A DNA stretch of 64,000 bases from Psammoneis japonica (Eukaryota), in the NCBI GenBank assembly GCA_008632985.1, contig QPGO01000003.1, forward strand, positions 806,001-870,000, in the 5' to 3' direction. Under the pieces are notes generated by a model. It saw only the letters and a list, made by a program, of their open reading frames with translations, ran no database searches and had not been told where the DNA came from. Below are positions 62,360 through 64,000 of this stretch, piece after piece. Made by a program: the position numbers and the translations under genes. Each line of letters begins with the position of its first letter. Position 1 is the first letter of the stretch.

Positions 62360-63400
62360 AACATATAGCTGCTGTTGTTCAAGGGCTTCTTTTGAGCGAC
62401 AATAAACCCCCAAACGATGTTCTTCTCTCCCAGATCGCGCCAGGTGCACAAGCCTGCTTTCATTTTTTCTTGAAAGGGTTTGGTAATGCCAAAGCCATCG
62501 CCTTTGGCTTCTAGGACTTTGCATACCGTCCCAAGTGAGCCGACACATTGGTGGAAGCATTGGGCAAGGCTTCAAAGTTGGTAAATCCAGCTGCCTCCAT
62601 GGCTGCTTTGTAGTTGGAAATGGTTCCCATTTTGGATGGGCCAATGCAATCATAAATGGGTTGCATCTCCTTTGGGTCAACCTCTTCCTGCTGCATGATG
62701 TCAGAGAAGATCATAAATCCACCAGGTTTCACGGCACGAGCCACTTCCTTCATGGCTTGTTCTTGGCCTTTGGGTCCGACATGCAACAAGGCATCCATGC
62801 CAATGACGAGATCACAACTCGCATTGGGCACGCTCTTCACTTCGAGATGGGATTCCTCATGAATGGCAATGTCCTTGTCACAACCCATTTCTGCATTCAT
62901 CGACATGCCTTTTCACACATTTTGTTGGAAATGTCACAGCCAATCGTGCCAGATTGAAGGACACCGGCTTGCCACAAACGACACAGCAATCCACCACAGA
63001 GCCACATCCCACATCCAATGTCTTGACTTTGGCATTGTCAGGAAATTTGAATTTTGTCAGCTTGACAAATTCTTCCTCTTGGTGGATTTGAGCCTGAAAG
63101 ATTTGTTCCTGCAAGTCCTTCTGTTTGTCAGCATCGGTCAACAAATCACACCTGAAAAAGTTCGCGGTTGTTGCAACGACAACTCCAAATGTCAACAACA
63201 ACTGCTGAGCACACCAACAATGTCAGCAACTCATTGCCTTCCGAACATGCGTGTTGTCCCCCCAGATCCTGGTGCAAAACAATTGAGTGTCTTCCTTGTC
63301 ACAATGTTCTTTGGCCAAAGATGTGCCTTTGGTCCCTTGATCTTTCAACGACATGTTGGATGGATGCCGTTTGTCAGGGACACCAGCAGTTGAAGAGAGA
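62360..63400 (-). pseudogene. SAM methyltransferase pseudogene (sarcosine/dimethylglycine N-methyltransferase or diatom TpMMT-like)
   Basis: LDVGCG, MDALLHVGP, VKPGGFMIFSDIMQ, MQPIYD, NIVWGFIVAQK; frameshifts; intron 63152-63237. Confidence 0.75.
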
Positions 63401-64000
63401 ATCGAAGAGAAGATGTGTTGAAGAGCAAGTCTTAAAAAAATGCATTGAAGAGAAAGACCAGCTGTCGGACGGCACTTTGACAATTTCTCATTTTGTGGTT
63501 GTGTGGAATGCTTTGCCTTGTTGAGCAAGAAACCTTCTTCCAGTGTGCCTCAGACTGTTTCTGCCACCTCACCACTTTCTCTTCTGCCTTCCTTGATTGG
63601 ATTTTGGCTTCATTGCTGCCTCCTTTTCCTTCTCTGTTCCCTTCCGGTTTCCCTCACTTCCTTCTGATCTCTGGCTGGCAGCTCTCAGTTGTTTGGTTGT
63701 GTGGGTGCAAGCATGAGGAAAATGTCACTGACATGCTCAAAATACAAAACATGCAAACACCCCCAACTCATGTTGTGCTCGAGTGCCGCAAACATGCAAG
63801 GGGCCCAAAACACTCTGCAGAACATGAAGAATCCAAAAAGAACCCTTGCATGATGGTGGAGCATGCACAACATGAAACAGGGGTGTCTTGAAAACAAATG
63901 TTTGATGCATCATTGACGTTTCGTGTTAGAACAATGTGCACATTTTATGGAAATTTGCAAAAATCAGGCTCGACCTTCAATTTTCGAATCGCCAAAAAGA
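62660..64000. other. TpA-depleted hypermutated block D (runs off the window)
   Basis: TA nearly absent after about 62715. Confidence 0.85.

Overview
Eukaryotic nuclear DNA, most likely a pennate diatom (inferred from short GT-AG introns, ASAF-type plastid presequences, DUF6824-like and Cys-rich GPCR genes, and CoDi-like Copia and Ambal-like LINE elements). Ordinary gene-dense DNA (about 1-19.7, 38.2-41.7, 49.9-51.9 and 58.4-62.5 kb) alternates with four sharply bounded blocks (about 19.74-38.08, 42.0-49.84, 51.95-58.34 and 62.66-64.0 kb) in which TpA is almost absent, having been converted to TpG or CpA. This is A>G at TpA on either strand, apparently preferring TAY, alongside a separate CpG decay. 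Tyr codons have become Cys or His in a Copia, a LINE, a Gypsy remnant and copies of host genes. The two LTRs of one element carry reciprocal CA/TG differences, and an un-eroded paralog gives the direction of change. This resembles a RIP-like, repeat-directed hypermutation with opposite polarity to fungal RIP (A:T>G:C at TpA); I know of no description of it, and a base-calling artefact must be excluded. Also notable are a spliced UBL-MIU-papain-type DUB-U-box-FYVE gene and a duplicated cluster of glycan-modifying genes. All family assignments are from motif recognition and all counts are by eye; no searches were run.
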